Under the pieces are notes generated by a model that was not told where the DNA came from, made no database searches, and saw nothing but the letters and a program-made list of their open reading frames with translations. 64,000 nt of DNA from the UHGV virus genome UHGV-0299153; one strand, given 5' to 3'. Both the position numbers and the translations under genes were made by a program. Shown here in pieces: positions 26,433-36,965 of this stretch (its first letter is position 1; each line of letters starts with the position of its first letter). This DNA comes from a virus.

Positions 26433-28556
26433 TCAGCAACCACAACTTCCGTAGTGCTTAACCCGTTCTATAACTTCCGCTTGCTTACCTTTATTGTAAG
26501 GACGGGAGTTTGGACTAGACAGGTACCCGGATACACGTCTGATCACACTGATCGTTCCCTCTTCATGGTTTCCACACTCTGGGCATACAAAGCCTTTAGC
26601 TGTTGCACTAAACTCACCAGAGAAACCACACTTGAGACATTTATCCACAGGTTGGTTAATACCAAAATACATAATGTGTTTATACCCGAAGTCAACAAGA
26701 GCCTCTAAAGCATCCAGGTTGTTTTTCAGATTTGGTGTCTCTACGTATCCGATGTTGCCACCAGAAGAGATCATGGCAAAACCTTCCTCATACTCCCACT
26801 TATCAAAAGGAGAGCTATTGATCCATACTGGCTGATGGAAACTGTTGGTGAGATATTCATGCTCGTGCTTCAACACTTCAGGATATTCACGATCCAGACA
26901 GGTTGCAGCTTTATAGCATAGACTCTCAGAAGGGGTGCCGTACAAGCTAAACGCTAGTCTACTTTCCTTCTTGTATCGCTCACAAGCATCTCTCATGTGC
27001 TGAAGTATTCCAAGAGCTAAAGCCTTGTCACCCTCCCTGCCCAAAATCTGACAGGTTTCATACACACCAATATACCCAATACTGATGGAAGCGTACCCGT
27101 CATAGAAGAGTTTATCAATACTCTCTTCAGGATCCAGGCGAGCAAGAGCGCCTTCACACCACATGATAGGGTTCTGCCCTGCCTTTGTTCCTTTTAGACG
27201 GTTAACCCTTACAAGGTGAGCCTCGTATGCAAGATCCAGATACTCGTCAAGAACGGCAAAGAAATCAACACCTTCCGTCTTAGCTTTTGCCGCAATCATT
27301 GGCAGGTTAAGACTAACAACACCCAAGTTGAATCTGCCGAGGTATTTCTCCTCGCCTGTTTCCAAGTCATTGTATTTGCTAAGAAAACTCCGGCAACCCA
27401 TGCTCGTTACTTTACCATCTGTCGAGCCTGTCACTTTACGATTTAGTGGAACAGAAACAAAGTCAGGATAAATCCGCTCTGCAGAGCATTCCAGAGCTAA
27501 TCGTTTCAAATCATAGTTAGGATCTCCAGGGTTCATGTTGACACCCTCTTCTAGGAAGAACAGCACTTTAGGGAACACAGGTGTGATACGTTCTTCACCA
27601 AGACCCATTTTGTGGACTTTCAAGTAATTTTTGGTAATCATTCTACCAAAGACCGAGGTATCCAGTCCTAAACTTAATGTGATGAATGGAGTTTGCCCGT
27701 TGACAGAAGTTAACGTATTGATTTGATAGAGCAAAGTCTGCATGCTGTCAAATACGTCTTTATCTGTCATTTGCATTGCAACAGTCTCAGCATCTGGCAA
27801 CCAATGTTCCTGGCAAAATTTAAGGTTCTTCTCATAGGTCGCTTCAGCATACTGTGCCAGATAATGATCAATATGGCTCATAGTCTGACCACCATATTGA
27901 GCACTAGCTACTGCACTAGAGATTTGGCTAAGGATTGTTGTTGCAACCCCTATTGACTTCGGCTTACTGACATGGGCGTTACCAATGTTGAATCCGTTTT
28001 CCAACATATCTGGATAATTTACCAAACAACAGTTTGTTAACGGACTGATCAAGTAGTCAAGATCATGCACATGGATGAAGCCTCTATTGTGCTCTTCTGA
28101 GACACGGTCTGGCAGGATCTGTGTTGATGCAAGGTGTTTGCTAAGGATGCCTGCAAGCAGGTCACGATGAGTGTGTACATGATTGGTAGGCTTATTTGCG
28201 TTTTCTTTTGTAAATTCATCACAAGTGCGATCCAAGAAGCCACTAATATCTGCAAGCAGTTTTCCACCTGCCTCTCTATTATTATCTCTTGTCTGCCTAT
28301 ACTGGATGTATTCTCTGGCTGCACATTTTAAACCCATATCCATAAGAGCGTCTTCAACAAGGATATGGATATTTTTTACAGAGATCGTGCACTGGTCGGT
28401 TGGTAGAGTGTTAGCAACAACTTCATTAACCGCGCAGGCGATCCGGTAAGCTTCTTCTTCAGTATGTCCAGACTCAAGTAAGGCGGACTCTGCCGCCTTG
28501 ATCACCTTAATTCCGTTATAGACCTCTTCTCTACCGTCCCGTTTTACAACTTTCAC
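26433..28556 (-). CDS. nrdD: anaerobic ribonucleoside-triphosphate reductase
   Basis: 707 aa; C-terminal CLKCG...CPECG zinc site and glycyl-radical motif RRVSGYL. Confidence 0.85.
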   Translation of the reverse strand: MKVVKRDGREEVYNGIKVIKAAESALLESGHTEEEAYRIACAVNEVVANTLPTDQCTISVKNIHILVEDALMDMGLKCAAREYIQYRQTRDNNREAGGKLLADISGFLDRTCDEFTKENANKPTNHVHTHRDLLAGILSKHLASTQILPDRVSEEHNRGFIHVHDLDYLISPLTNCCLVNYPDMLENGFNIGNAHVSKPKSIGVATTILSQISSAVASAQYGGQTMSHIDHYLAQYAEATYEKNLKFCQEHWLPDAETVAMQMTDKDVFDSMQTLLYQINTLTSVNGQTPFITLSLGLDTSVFGRMITKNYLKVHKMGLGEERITPVFPKVLFFLEEGVNMNPGDPNYDLKRLALECSAERIYPDFVSVPLNRKVTGSTDGKVTSMGCRSFLSKYNDLETGEEKYLGRFNLGVVSLNLPMIAAKAKTEGVDFFAVLDEYLDLAYEAHLVRVNRLKGTKAGQNPIMWCEGALARLDPEESIDKLFYDGYASISIGYIGVYETCQILGREGDKALALGILQHMRDACERYKKESRLAFSLYGTPSESLCYKAATCLDREYPEVLKHEHEYLTNSFHQPVWINSSPFDKWEYEEGFAMISSGGNIGYVETPNLKNNLDALEALVDFGYKHIMYFGINQPVDKCLKCGFSGEFSATAKGFVCPECGNHEEGTISVIRRVSGYLSSPNSRPYNKGKQAEVIERVKHYGSCGC

Positions 28557-28831
28557 TTTTTCTCTCCAAAACCATTCTTAACAAAAGAGATGAAATCGTC
28601 GGCACCGCCTATATGGACACTTTCAAGATTACTTTCTAAGAAGATCTGCGGCAACGTTCTGGGTACGATTGGACTGCACTTCTCAATAAGCTCTTCTTTT
28701 GTGTAACCCTCGCCAAGTGTCTTATATACAAAAGGCAGACCCTTACTGACTGCAAATTCTTTTGCTCTTACACAATGTGGGCAGTTATCTTTACCGTAAA
28801 TAATAAAGAAAAAAGATTTTTCACAGCTCAT
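28553..28831 (-). CDS. glutaredoxin-like redoxin (CPHC)
   Basis: N-terminal CPHC active site; 92 aa; sits between nrdB and nrdD. Confidence 0.65.
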   Translation of the reverse strand: MSCEKSFFFIIYGKDNCPHCVRAKEFAVSKGLPFVYKTLGEGYTKEELIEKCSPIVPRTLPQIFLESNLESVHIGGADDFISFVKNGFGEKK

Positions 28832-28834
28832 GTA

Positions 28835-29923
28835 TTAAAACTCCCAAATTTCTTCTTCAGCGTCGTTAACAGTTGTGTTGACGCGGTAGTCAGTGTTCGA
28901 CATTTCTTGGTTCGCCGTCTGTTGCAATGAAGGTTTCATCCACACCTGCATAAACGGTAGAGGGTCCTTTGTTGGCGGCACAAAGTCTTTGTCGATGTCG
29001 TAGTAATCATAAATCGGTGAGCAGTTATAGTCAACCCATTCTTTAAGCAACGGTGAGTTAAGACCTATAATCGCTCTTCCTTCGCTGAAAATATAGTCAC
29101 TCCAACCGTACTCTTTGGTTCGTACTTCATCAAGAATCTCTTTTAACTCCCCTTTTATCTCAAGGAAGCTTTTCTCCCATGCGGGATCATTAAGCAGGAT
29201 ATCAATGATGGCAAAATCACCTTTCGAATGTAGCATTTCGTCAAGCATGATTTTTTGAACAAGCTGCGCCACCTGAACAAAGATACCCTGCTCAGCTACT
29301 GCGAAAGTGCATGCAAAACTTGCAATAAACTCAATACTTTCCAGAGCTAAAAGTGCAAAAAGCGCTCTAAGAATGCATTTCCGCACAACATCTTCTTCAA
29401 CACTAGAAGGATCCAGTCGGTATTTTGCACCAATAACCTCAAGCTCTTGCATGTATTTGACAATAACGCCGGATCTGCTCAGAACGTTTTGGTTTTCCTG
29501 AATCTCTTCTATAATCTCACGGGCATTGGGGAGGCATTGTCTAACAATCTCTGAGTAAGTTAGTGCGTGAAGAACTTCAATCTCTGACTGTTTCATCAAT
29601 AGAGTGAAAAGCTCACTATTGGTGATAAATGGTGAAAACAGACAAATGATAGATCTTGCCGCAACGCTATCAGCCTCCCATTGCCACATCAAGGTCTGCA
29701 CCATCACGTCATAAGTTGACTTTGAGCATGTTACAAAATCTGAAATAGATTGCGACAAATCCACTTCATCCTCTGCCCAGTCTTGTTCTTTTTGTTTTTT
29801 GTATAGTTCAAACAGTTGTGGATATTTTTTGTTGATAGAGTCGTACATACCCATTTGCTGTCCTAGAAACAGCGGATAGTCACCAGTTTTATGAGCGGTG
29901 TTCTCAGCATTAAATACAGCCAT
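28835..29923 (-). CDS. nrdB: ribonucleotide reductase small (beta) subunit
   Basis: 362 aa ferritin-like protein immediately downstream of nrdA. Confidence 0.8.
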   Translation of the reverse strand: MAVFNAENTAHKTGDYPLFLGQQMGMYDSINKKYPQLFELYKKQKEQDWAEDEVDLSQSISDFVTCSKSTYDVMVQTLMWQWEADSVAARSIICLFSPFITNSELFTLLMKQSEIEVLHALTYSEIVRQCLPNAREIIEEIQENQNVLSRSGVIVKYMQELEVIGAKYRLDPSSVEEDVVRKCILRALFALLALESIEFIASFACTFAVAEQGIFVQVAQLVQKIMLDEMLHSKGDFAIIDILLNDPAWEKSFLEIKGELKEILDEVRTKEYGWSDYIFSEGRAIIGLNSPLLKEWVDYNCSPIYDYYDIDKDFVPPTKDPLPFMQVWMKPSLQQTANQEMSNTDYRVNTTVNDAEEEIWEF

Positions 29924-29962
29924 TATTCTAACCTCTAAAATGGGGCCGAAGCCCCTTTAAAA

Positions 29963-32278
29963 TTATAGTGCACAACTTTCGCAATACTGATCTTCAACTG
30001 AACTATCTGCATTCAAAGGATAGTTCTTTCTGGTTTCATCTTCAGCCTGTTTCTTGGCATGAAGTTCCTCTGCCAAGGAGTCGCCAGCACCAACCCTAGA
30101 GTTTAAATAATACCATGTCTTCATTCCGAATTTAGTGGCACGGATAAGGTACCCTAGCTGCTCCTTCATTGAAATTTTACCATCTTTCAACTTGGTGTAG
30201 TCTATGTACAAATCCGCGCTGATTGCCTGACCTGTGAATTTTTGAATCACAGCATACATATCGATCATGTCGTTAGTATCAACGTCCCAAGCCGAAGTGT
30301 AATACTCTTTCAACTCATCATAGTCAGGAACGATAAACAGCACCTGCCCTTGTGGCGACTTTTTAAAGATAATGTGCTCACGGACAGGATAGACCCCGTT
30401 AGTGGTGTTTGTTGCCAGCGAAGAGCTTTCATTAGGCATATATGCTTCAAGAACGCTATTACGTAGCCCACCATTTTCAATGATTTCTTTACGTAACCCT
30501 TCCCAATCCTGTTTAAGAGAAGGATCTTTCACCACGCTATCGACCTCTTTGTTATAGGTGTCGATTGGTAACCAACCTTCTGGATATTTTGTTTTATGCA
30601 TCCACTCGCAGACACCACGCTCTTTTGCCAACCGTAAACTTGCCTTATGCAAGCTGTAGCTGTGAAGTTCTGCAAGATCGTGAACGAGCTGTTTACTTTC
30701 AGGAGATCCGTAAGTAACCTTGTGGCTGGCAATAAAATGTGCAACATTGGTAAGGCCAACCCCGATGGATCTGCGTTTTTTAACTGTGCTTTCCATATTT
30801 TCATACGGATATGTCATGATTTCCATAACATTGTCAATCATAAGCACCGTATAGTATGCAACATCCTCATACTCCTCTGGAGTAACCCTCCCAGCTACAA
30901 GAGATGACAGGAAGCACAATGCAACCTCTCCATCATCAGCATCGTACTTGAAGATATTACGCATATCTGAATAGCCTTTTGTCGGGAGGGCTATTTCTGC
31001 ACACAGGTTACTTGAATAGATCACATCTTTAAAAGGTGTATGTCTATTCATCTCATCTGTCCAGTATACATACAGCCTTCCCACCTCAGTACGCTGCGTG
31101 ATCAGTTCAACAGCAAGATCTCTGGCCCGGATCCATGTTTTAGGAATACTGTCATCTTTAGCAATACGATCAACCTCTGCATCAAACTCCTCCATAGACA
31201 TGGTGAAGATACCCTCATGCAGTTGAGGCGCGTGCTTATAAGAAACAAGCATCCAATCCAAATTCTTAGCCACACGGTTGATAAACGACCTATTAATACC
31301 GATGGAGTAGTCCATGGTGTTGATTCTTTTTGAAGCAACAGTCATAGGGTTTCTCAAACGGATTAGCTCATCAATCTGCGGGTCTAGTGCAAGAAATGAT
31401 ACTGTTGCAGAACCGCCACGTGATTGTTGTCTGTTCTCCTTAACCCCAGCATCAATACCTCGATAATATGGAATCTTACCCATGTGTTTAATAGTGTTAC
31501 CACGAACACCATCGCCTGCAGATCTTGATGATAAATAGTAGCCGATACCTGCTTGGTTAACCGTCATTGTGTACGCAACTTCACGTGCCACACCAATAGA
31601 TTTTGCTGTATCGTCAGCTTTTATTACACAACAAGATGCATACCCTGTCTTACCTGTGCGCAGCCCGTTTAAGTACGGTGTCGGGGCATTGATCTTTAAG
31701 TCGGACAGATAAGTGTATAATTTTACAACATCGTTGATACGACGTTCTTTCGGCATATTCTTCATGACAGCCATTGCTATCCCCATAAACATCATCTGGG
31801 GAGATTCAAACAAGGTGTCTTTAAGAGTATCCTTGATCCCGTATTTGTCGCGAAACTGTTTAAGGACTGCATAGCCATAACCGAGATCTTTACTGTGGTC
31901 AATAACAGCGTCTAAAGTGTTTAGCTCGGTAAAGCTATAGCCCATATCCTCCCAATACCCTTTCTCAACCATGGTATTGTAAAATGATGGTAAGGAAGGG
32001 ATCTTTGTAAACCCTCCAAAAGCCTCTTTATAAATCTGACCAATAAGAACACGACCAGCCATACGGGAATGTGCTTCGTCTTTACGGCTAACACAGGAGT
32101 CTATGATAGCTTGGTTAACTTCTTTGGTTGTACATCCATCATACAGTCGTTTGTATGCATCCAGTGCAATATGTGACCAATTGCCGTTACCGTCGTCACC
32201 GAAAATAGCTGCCTTATTTAAACGTTCTGGATCGAATGCTACCTCACATCCGTTGCTTTTAATTACCTTGGTGATCAA
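29963..32278 (-). CDS. nrdA: ribonucleotide reductase large (alpha) subunit, class I
   Basis: 771 aa; catalytic-site block SSNLCAEIALPT and C-terminal CxxC redox pair. Confidence 0.85.
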   Translation of the reverse strand: MITKVIKSNGCEVAFDPERLNKAAIFGDDGNGNWSHIALDAYKRLYDGCTTKEVNQAIIDSCVSRKDEAHSRMAGRVLIGQIYKEAFGGFTKIPSLPSFYNTMVEKGYWEDMGYSFTELNTLDAVIDHSKDLGYGYAVLKQFRDKYGIKDTLKDTLFESPQMMFMGIAMAVMKNMPKERRINDVVKLYTYLSDLKINAPTPYLNGLRTGKTGYASCCVIKADDTAKSIGVAREVAYTMTVNQAGIGYYLSSRSAGDGVRGNTIKHMGKIPYYRGIDAGVKENRQQSRGGSATVSFLALDPQIDELIRLRNPMTVASKRINTMDYSIGINRSFINRVAKNLDWMLVSYKHAPQLHEGIFTMSMEEFDAEVDRIAKDDSIPKTWIRARDLAVELITQRTEVGRLYVYWTDEMNRHTPFKDVIYSSNLCAEIALPTKGYSDMRNIFKYDADDGEVALCFLSSLVAGRVTPEEYEDVAYYTVLMIDNVMEIMTYPYENMESTVKKRRSIGVGLTNVAHFIASHKVTYGSPESKQLVHDLAELHSYSLHKASLRLAKERGVCEWMHKTKYPEGWLPIDTYNKEVDSVVKDPSLKQDWEGLRKEIIENGGLRNSVLEAYMPNESSSLATNTTNGVYPVREHIIFKKSPQGQVLFIVPDYDELKEYYTSAWDVDTNDMIDMYAVIQKFTGQAISADLYIDYTKLKDGKISMKEQLGYLIRATKFGMKTWYYLNSRVGAGDSLAEELHAKKQAEDETRKNYPLNADSSVEDQYCESCAL

Positions 32279-32583
32279 TTTGCTTCCTCCACTTCATTAA
32301 CGTATTTATCAAGGCAGGTATCAGTATCTTGCTGGATAAAGGTATCCTCTTCTACAGAGATATTTATAATTTTACCTGTATACTCGTCATAATAAACATC
32401 ATCATACATTTTAATATCGTTTGTCAGGCCGTTGAACCAAAGCCAACCAACATACTCTGCCCGACTTGCAAAACCAAGATCCTTCCACTTGGAGTTATGG
32501 CTCATCTTCACCACCTTAGCTTTCAATACCGAATAATTTTTCCAGGCGATGCAGATCTTCAAAATTGAAAGGTTCATCAACAA
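32275..32583 (-). CDS. hypothetical protein (102 aa)
   Basis: ORF track. Confidence 0.45.
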   Translation of the reverse strand: MLMNLSILKICIAWKNYSVLKAKVVKMSHNSKWKDLGFASRAEYVGWLWFNGLTNDIKMYDDVYYDEYTGKIINISVEEDTFIQQDTDTCLDKYVNEVEEAN

Positions 32584-33016
32584 TATGAATATCTTCAGCC
32601 TTTTCAGATTGTTTTGTATACTTTCTTACATTAACACGATCCTCTACTGGGATATCATACGGGAGATCTTGAACAAGCATTGCCTCACCAGGTGCTTTAT
32701 CCACATCTAAAATATCTACACCGTTATACATTTGCGGGTATCTAAAGTCTGCACGCATAACACCAGCAAATACATCTGCCTTTCGATAATGTGTTGGCTT
32801 ATTTTTGCATCGAACGTTTTTTCCACGAAGAACATCAATACTTTTTAAATCAAACCCTACGGCAAAGAGTGCAGCTCGGAGACCGTTTCGTGTGCGAACG
32901 TTAAACCCAGGGACGGTAGCTAGGAAATCTAAAGTAACTGAAATAAATGTCTTTTTAGGAATCATAACATTACTCATATCTGTCTCCATTTCTGGCTCAC
33001 CAACAAAGTGAGCCAT
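32516..33016 (-). CDS. hypothetical protein (start probably internal)
   Basis: ORF track; 3' end overlaps next gene by 68 nt. Confidence 0.45.
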   Translation of the reverse strand: MAHFVGEPEMETDMSNVMIPKKTFISVTLDFLATVPGFNVRTRNGLRAALFAVGFDLKSIDVLRGKNVRCKNKPTHYRKADVFAGVMRADFRYPQMYNGVDILDVDKAPGEAMLVQDLPYDIPVEDRVNVRKYTKQSEKAEDIHIVDEPFNFEDLHRLEKLFGIES

Positions 33017-33075
33017 TATTATAGATTATCTGATACTATTAGTCAACACAAAAGTTACCTATCGCTGTGATAGGA

Positions 33076-34059
33076 TTAACCTTTCACGAAGTGGTTATTA
33101 AGCAGTTGTCTGTGCTGAACCCACCCACAAAAGTTGGCAGACCAGAATTTACCATCACGGTCTTGATGGGTTACACCTTCCTGCCAAACACAGCTGTCTT
33201 GTGTGATTTCACATGAAGACAGGTAGTAGTTTAAACGTTCCATTGCGTTATCGTGATCCATAGGTGTTGCCTGGTGCTCGTAAGGGCTTGCATGGATACG
33301 ATCCCCACCAATCAATTTTTTAGCCACACTGTCTGCCTTTTCAAACGTGCTGTCAATATTTCGATAAGATACTTGTGCACAGCAACTAGCACTGATAGAC
33401 AGAGCTTCTTTAGTATCGAGAATGCAGAGCTTTCCTTCTGTGTCACGTACAGCGTAGTTAAACTCTCCGTCCAAATAAACGTGCTCTACATATGGAGTGT
33501 GCCATTGCCCTGGTTTAAGGATTTCAGGAGTGCTATTCACAAGAGCTTCCCACATACAATTAGCCAACATCTGAATCGTAGGATCCGCATCGTGCCAGCA
33601 ACGGAGATGGAAAAAATTATTCCACTCTGTGCTTGTTACAACTGTTTTCATGCGCTGAAACGGCTCCACTAAGCGGTTACATACTTGTTTATGGTAACCA
33701 GCAAGGGCGAACTTCTCTGCATGCCAAGCGGCGTTTTTTGCAGCTTCTTTCCAAAACTCTTCAGGGGTTAGCTCCATGTCAGTGTACTCTACACGGATCT
33801 TTTGATCGTGTTCTCCACCATCTTCCATACCTCGCTTATTTACACCGAAGCGAACTGGCATTGCCGGATTCTCCACAATCTGCTGCAGCATCTTGCCGAC
33901 AGGAACTGCACGGGAAGACATGGCGTTTCGGCTGAACACTCGGTGCGTCATAAGCTCTGAGTGAATAATTCGAGGATACTCTAGCTCAAAAGTGGTGATA
34001 CGCTTACCTTTCTCGGAAATGCTGTCAGCAATGATCTTTGCAGTGCACAGTTTTAGCAT
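33076..34059 (-). CDS. thyX: flavin-dependent thymidylate synthase
   Basis: ThyX signature RHRVFSRNAMSSR (RHRxxSxxxxSxR). Confidence 0.85.
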   Translation of the reverse strand: MLKLCTAKIIADSISEKGKRITTFELEYPRIIHSELMTHRVFSRNAMSSRAVPVGKMLQQIVENPAMPVRFGVNKRGMEDGGEHDQKIRVEYTDMELTPEEFWKEAAKNAAWHAEKFALAGYHKQVCNRLVEPFQRMKTVVTSTEWNNFFHLRCWHDADPTIQMLANCMWEALVNSTPEILKPGQWHTPYVEHVYLDGEFNYAVRDTEGKLCILDTKEALSISASCCAQVSYRNIDSTFEKADSVAKKLIGGDRIHASPYEHQATPMDHDNAMERLNYYLSSCEITQDSCVWQEGVTHQDRDGKFWSANFCGWVQHRQLLNNHFVKG

Positions 34060-34259
34060 TATTTAGCTCTCCTTGTTTTAATTTTGGAAATTTCGTCTGG
34101 GTTTATGTTGGCCTTAAATGCAAGGTATCTGTTAAACATATCAGAGCACATGTCTTGGGTGATCCTGGAGGCATACACTAGCTTACCTCCCAGATCATAT
34201 ACCTCCAGCCAGTCACCGTATCTGACTACAGGATCGCCACCTTTAGAACATCTGCCCAT
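34059..34259 (-). CDS. hypothetical protein (66 aa)
   Basis: ORF track. Confidence 0.45.
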   Translation of the reverse strand: MGRCSKGGDPVVRYGDWLEVYDLGGKLVYASRITQDMCSDMFNRYLAFKANINPDEISKIKTRRAK

Positions 34260-34260
34260 T

Positions 34261-34854
34261 TCAAATACCTTCTAAAAACTTTCCTATTTTATACCAGCTA
34301 TTGGCGGTATAGTCAACACTGACCTTTAACTCCTCGAATTGCTCATAAGGCGTATCTTTTAGGATTTTAATAACTTCAGGTCGTGAAGCGAATTGGTTAA
34401 GGTATTCATGCCTGTCGTCAATTATAACATCTACAGCCACATTTCCTTTGAAATGTGTGGCGTAGAAGCCGTGACCCTGGGTGTGATCGTCCAGATCCAT
34501 AAAATCACTGGTCCAACGCTTTAAGAACCTTGATTTAGATGCAAGGTGACCTTTCTTGCATACCGAGATAAATGCAAGCTTGTGACCACGAGCCACCAAA
34601 TCTTTCATAACCTCAATAGCCCCCTCTTCAGGCTTAAGAAAGTCGTAGAGGAATGGGTCACTCCAGAAATCAAAAGGCCCTATGATGTTTTCTTTGGGGC
34701 GATCAGGCCAATACTTTGACAGATCGTAATACATCAGTCCATTAGAAGGTTTAGCGACTGTCTTACTGGCTGGACCATACAAACGCTCCAACCACTCCCA
34801 CCATGCTGTTCCTGAATCTACCAGTGTCAAATCTACATCAATTCCGATTAACAT
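34261..34854 (-). CDS. HAD-superfamily hydrolase-like protein (possible nucleotidase)
   Basis: N-terminal IGIDVDLTLVD fits HAD motif I DxDx(T/V); sits in nucleotide-metabolism cluster. Confidence 0.4.
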   Translation of the reverse strand: MLIGIDVDLTLVDSGTAWWEWLERLYGPASKTVAKPSNGLMYYDLSKYWPDRPKENIIGPFDFWSDPFLYDFLKPEEGAIEVMKDLVARGHKLAFISVCKKGHLASKSRFLKRWTSDFMDLDDHTQGHGFYATHFKGNVAVDVIIDDRHEYLNQFASRPEVIKILKDTPYEQFEELKVSVDYTANSWYKIGKFLEGI

Positions 34855-35465
34855 TCTTCTTGGGCCTCTTTAGCATCAATATACTTGCACACAATCTCCG
34901 ATGCACACTCCCAAGGTGCACCTTCAGGGTTTACAACATCGAACTCAATCCCTTTTATTCCGTTCTTTTCCAGACTTAGATAGGTTCTGGAATCATTTCC
35001 CCAGTCATATCCGACACGGTGAATACGGAACAACAACAGATCTCCACCTGTGCTGTATGCGTACTCACTAAGGCATGCCAGCTCCTCTTTGAATCCACCA
35101 TCGGAGTAAACAACAACCCCTTTACCTTTAGGGAAATCTTTCTTCAAGGATGTGACTGCGGCCTTACCGAAAGCATCTTCACCAAAGATAGGTTTAATCA
35201 GATTTTCACTACAATGGATCATCCACTCTCGCGGAGAAACATGCTTACCGTCTATCATTAAGAAAGGGCAAGGCTCTTCTTTGTAGTGGCGGTCATAAAG
35301 TGCATTCCAGAGTTGAGGAGTTACACCAGCTGCCTTAATTGCCACGCTGAAGAGCATCTCCTTAACCTCACGATGGTGTGAGTTAGGAATAGCTTCCAAC
35401 AAGAGATCTGCAATGTGATCCTTACCACTACTAGGTGGGGCGTTAAGAACAATAATATCCATCAA
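34848..35465 (-). CDS. P-loop nucleotide kinase (putative dNMP kinase)
   Basis: N-terminal LNAPPSSGKDH resembles the phage dNMP kinase P-loop (T4 gp1: LSGVKRSGKDT). Confidence 0.45.
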   Translation of the reverse strand: MMDIIVLNAPPSSGKDHIADLLLEAIPNSHHREVKEMLFSVAIKAAGVTPQLWNALYDRHYKEEPCPFLMIDGKHVSPREWMIHCSENLIKPIFGEDAFGKAAVTSLKKDFPKGKGVVVYSDGGFKEELACLSEYAYSTGGDLLLFRIHRVGYDWGNDSRTYLSLEKNGIKGIEFDVVNPEGAPWECASEIVCKYIDAKEAQEEC

Positions 35466-35665
35466 AAACCTCCGTGGTATTCTTCAACTGCATCAATAAT
35501 ACTTTTACACTTATCTACCAGCTCGTTAGCCACTACAGCATCGTCTTCCCAAACAGCCTCTTCAATCTGATCAAGCAATGATCGCATCTTATCCATCATT
35601 TCTGGGATAAAGTTTTCTGAAAAGCTGTCTGGAACTGTTAACTTTAGTGTCATTGCGGTCTCCAA
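35462..35665 (-). CDS. hypothetical acidic protein (67 aa)
   Basis: ORF track. Confidence 0.45.
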   Translation of the reverse strand: METAMTLKLTVPDSFSENFIPEMMDKMRSLLDQIEEAVWEDDAVVANELVDKCKSIIDAVEEYHGGF

Positions 35666-35680
35666 TCATACTATGCGTTA

Positions 35681-36139
35681 TTAGAAGTTTGTTTTTACAC
35701 GTCCCTTTTCATCTACCTCATTGTTAGCTAAAAGCGTTACAAAGTCTGTGAAACGGACATGAAGAACTCTTTTCTTGTCAAGGTATCCTAAAGCCACCCC
35801 TGAAAAATTTAGCATCAAGGGGGCTAAAGAAGCTCTAGCACTGAAATGCTGTTGTTCTACTCTTCCTACACCCTTAGTGTAGGATGGGTTAAGATTGTAA
35901 GTTCTGAATCCCAGTTTTGTTGGAGCTTTAGAATTAAAAACAACTTTATAGCGTTTCTTACTCAACTTATGCTCCAGGATAAGAATTCCCTTATCACCCT
36001 TGATAAGTTGAAAATCTGTAAAGTGCTCTTTTAAGACGAAAGGTAGTGCCAGTCCCATAGCCTGGCCTCTTTGTACCGCTGTCTCACCAAAAGCTTTTGC
36101 ATCAGCAAGTTCTTTGGTCAAGTCTATGCTTTTGATCAT
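35681..36139 (-). CDS. hypothetical protein (152 aa)
   Basis: ORF track. Confidence 0.5.
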   Translation of the reverse strand: MIKSIDLTKELADAKAFGETAVQRGQAMGLALPFVLKEHFTDFQLIKGDKGILILEHKLSKKRYKVVFNSKAPTKLGFRTYNLNPSYTKGVGRVEQQHFSARASLAPLMLNFSGVALGYLDKKRVLHVRFTDFVTLLANNEVDEKGRVKTNF

Positions 36140-36950
36140 ACCGGGTCTCCAAAATGTATTGTAGTTCTTTCTTGCCTATACTCTTCATTCCAGCAGTCTT
36201 ACCTGCTTCTTCTTGAAAAGAAGAATAGCATTCAGCAAACACTCTGTCAACACCGTCAACTAAAGATTTTATGAAATATGTAGATTCTTCAGATTTTGGA
36301 TCATCATCACCCAATACTTTTCCAGCGTTATACCCAACACGTCTTACACAGAAGTCGTAGTCATCCGGTGTGCTAAAAGAAAATAACTTATTCTCTCCAA
36401 TCTCTACAGGATCCCTATTGCACGCCTTTTTCTCCCAAATTTGGAAAACACATGGCACGTCATAAGGTTTGCCATTAAGTAAAAACGAGTTCTTAGGGCA
36501 CCTTTCGCTGTAGACAAGGTGCATAGACATGTCCAGTTTGTTTGAAAAAAATATTTTTTCAAATGTCCGTGGCAAGATGAAGGCTATAGCCCCGCCAAGC
36601 TCTAGCAATGATGCACAATGGTTAAAGAATTTGCAAGCTAAAGATGAATTCTTGCCAAATGGTGGGTTACCTATGAAGACATCTGCCTTGGGGTGCATCT
36701 CCAAGAAGTTTGCCTGAATGCACGGTGTTGGTCCTTCAAATTCAGGATCTGGTACTAAATCGTACGACAGTATCTCTGAAAATAGTTTTGAAAAAGAACC
36801 TCTTCCAGCAGAAGGCTCAACGTATGCACAATTCCCATACTTATCTTTTACTTTACCAACAAGATATTCTGCATACCCTGGGTTTGTGTAATACTTGTCG
36901 TTAGACTCTTTCTTGCTCAAAGTGCCTCCAAAAGGAAAAGGGAGGCGCAA
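36102..36950 (-). CDS. DNA methyltransferase (amino-methyltransferase, NPPF motif)
   Basis: DVFIGNPPFG motif IV; 282 aa. Confidence 0.6.
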   Translation of the reverse strand: MRLPFPFGGTLSKKESNDKYYTNPGYAEYLVGKVKDKYGNCAYVEPSAGRGSFSKLFSEILSYDLVPDPEFEGPTPCIQANFLEMHPKADVFIGNPPFGKNSSLACKFFNHCASLLELGGAIAFILPRTFEKIFFSNKLDMSMHLVYSERCPKNSFLLNGKPYDVPCVFQIWEKKACNRDPVEIGENKLFSFSTPDDYDFCVRRVGYNAGKVLGDDDPKSEESTYFIKSLVDGVDRVFAECYSSFQEEAGKTAGMKSIGKKELQYILETRYDQKHRLDQRTC

Positions 36951-36965
36951 GCCTCCCTCTACTTG

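Noticed and set aside
26283-26708. 141-aa plus-strand ORF
   Set aside because: Antisense to the nrdG/nrdD junction; confident homology of the minus-strand genes makes it spurious.
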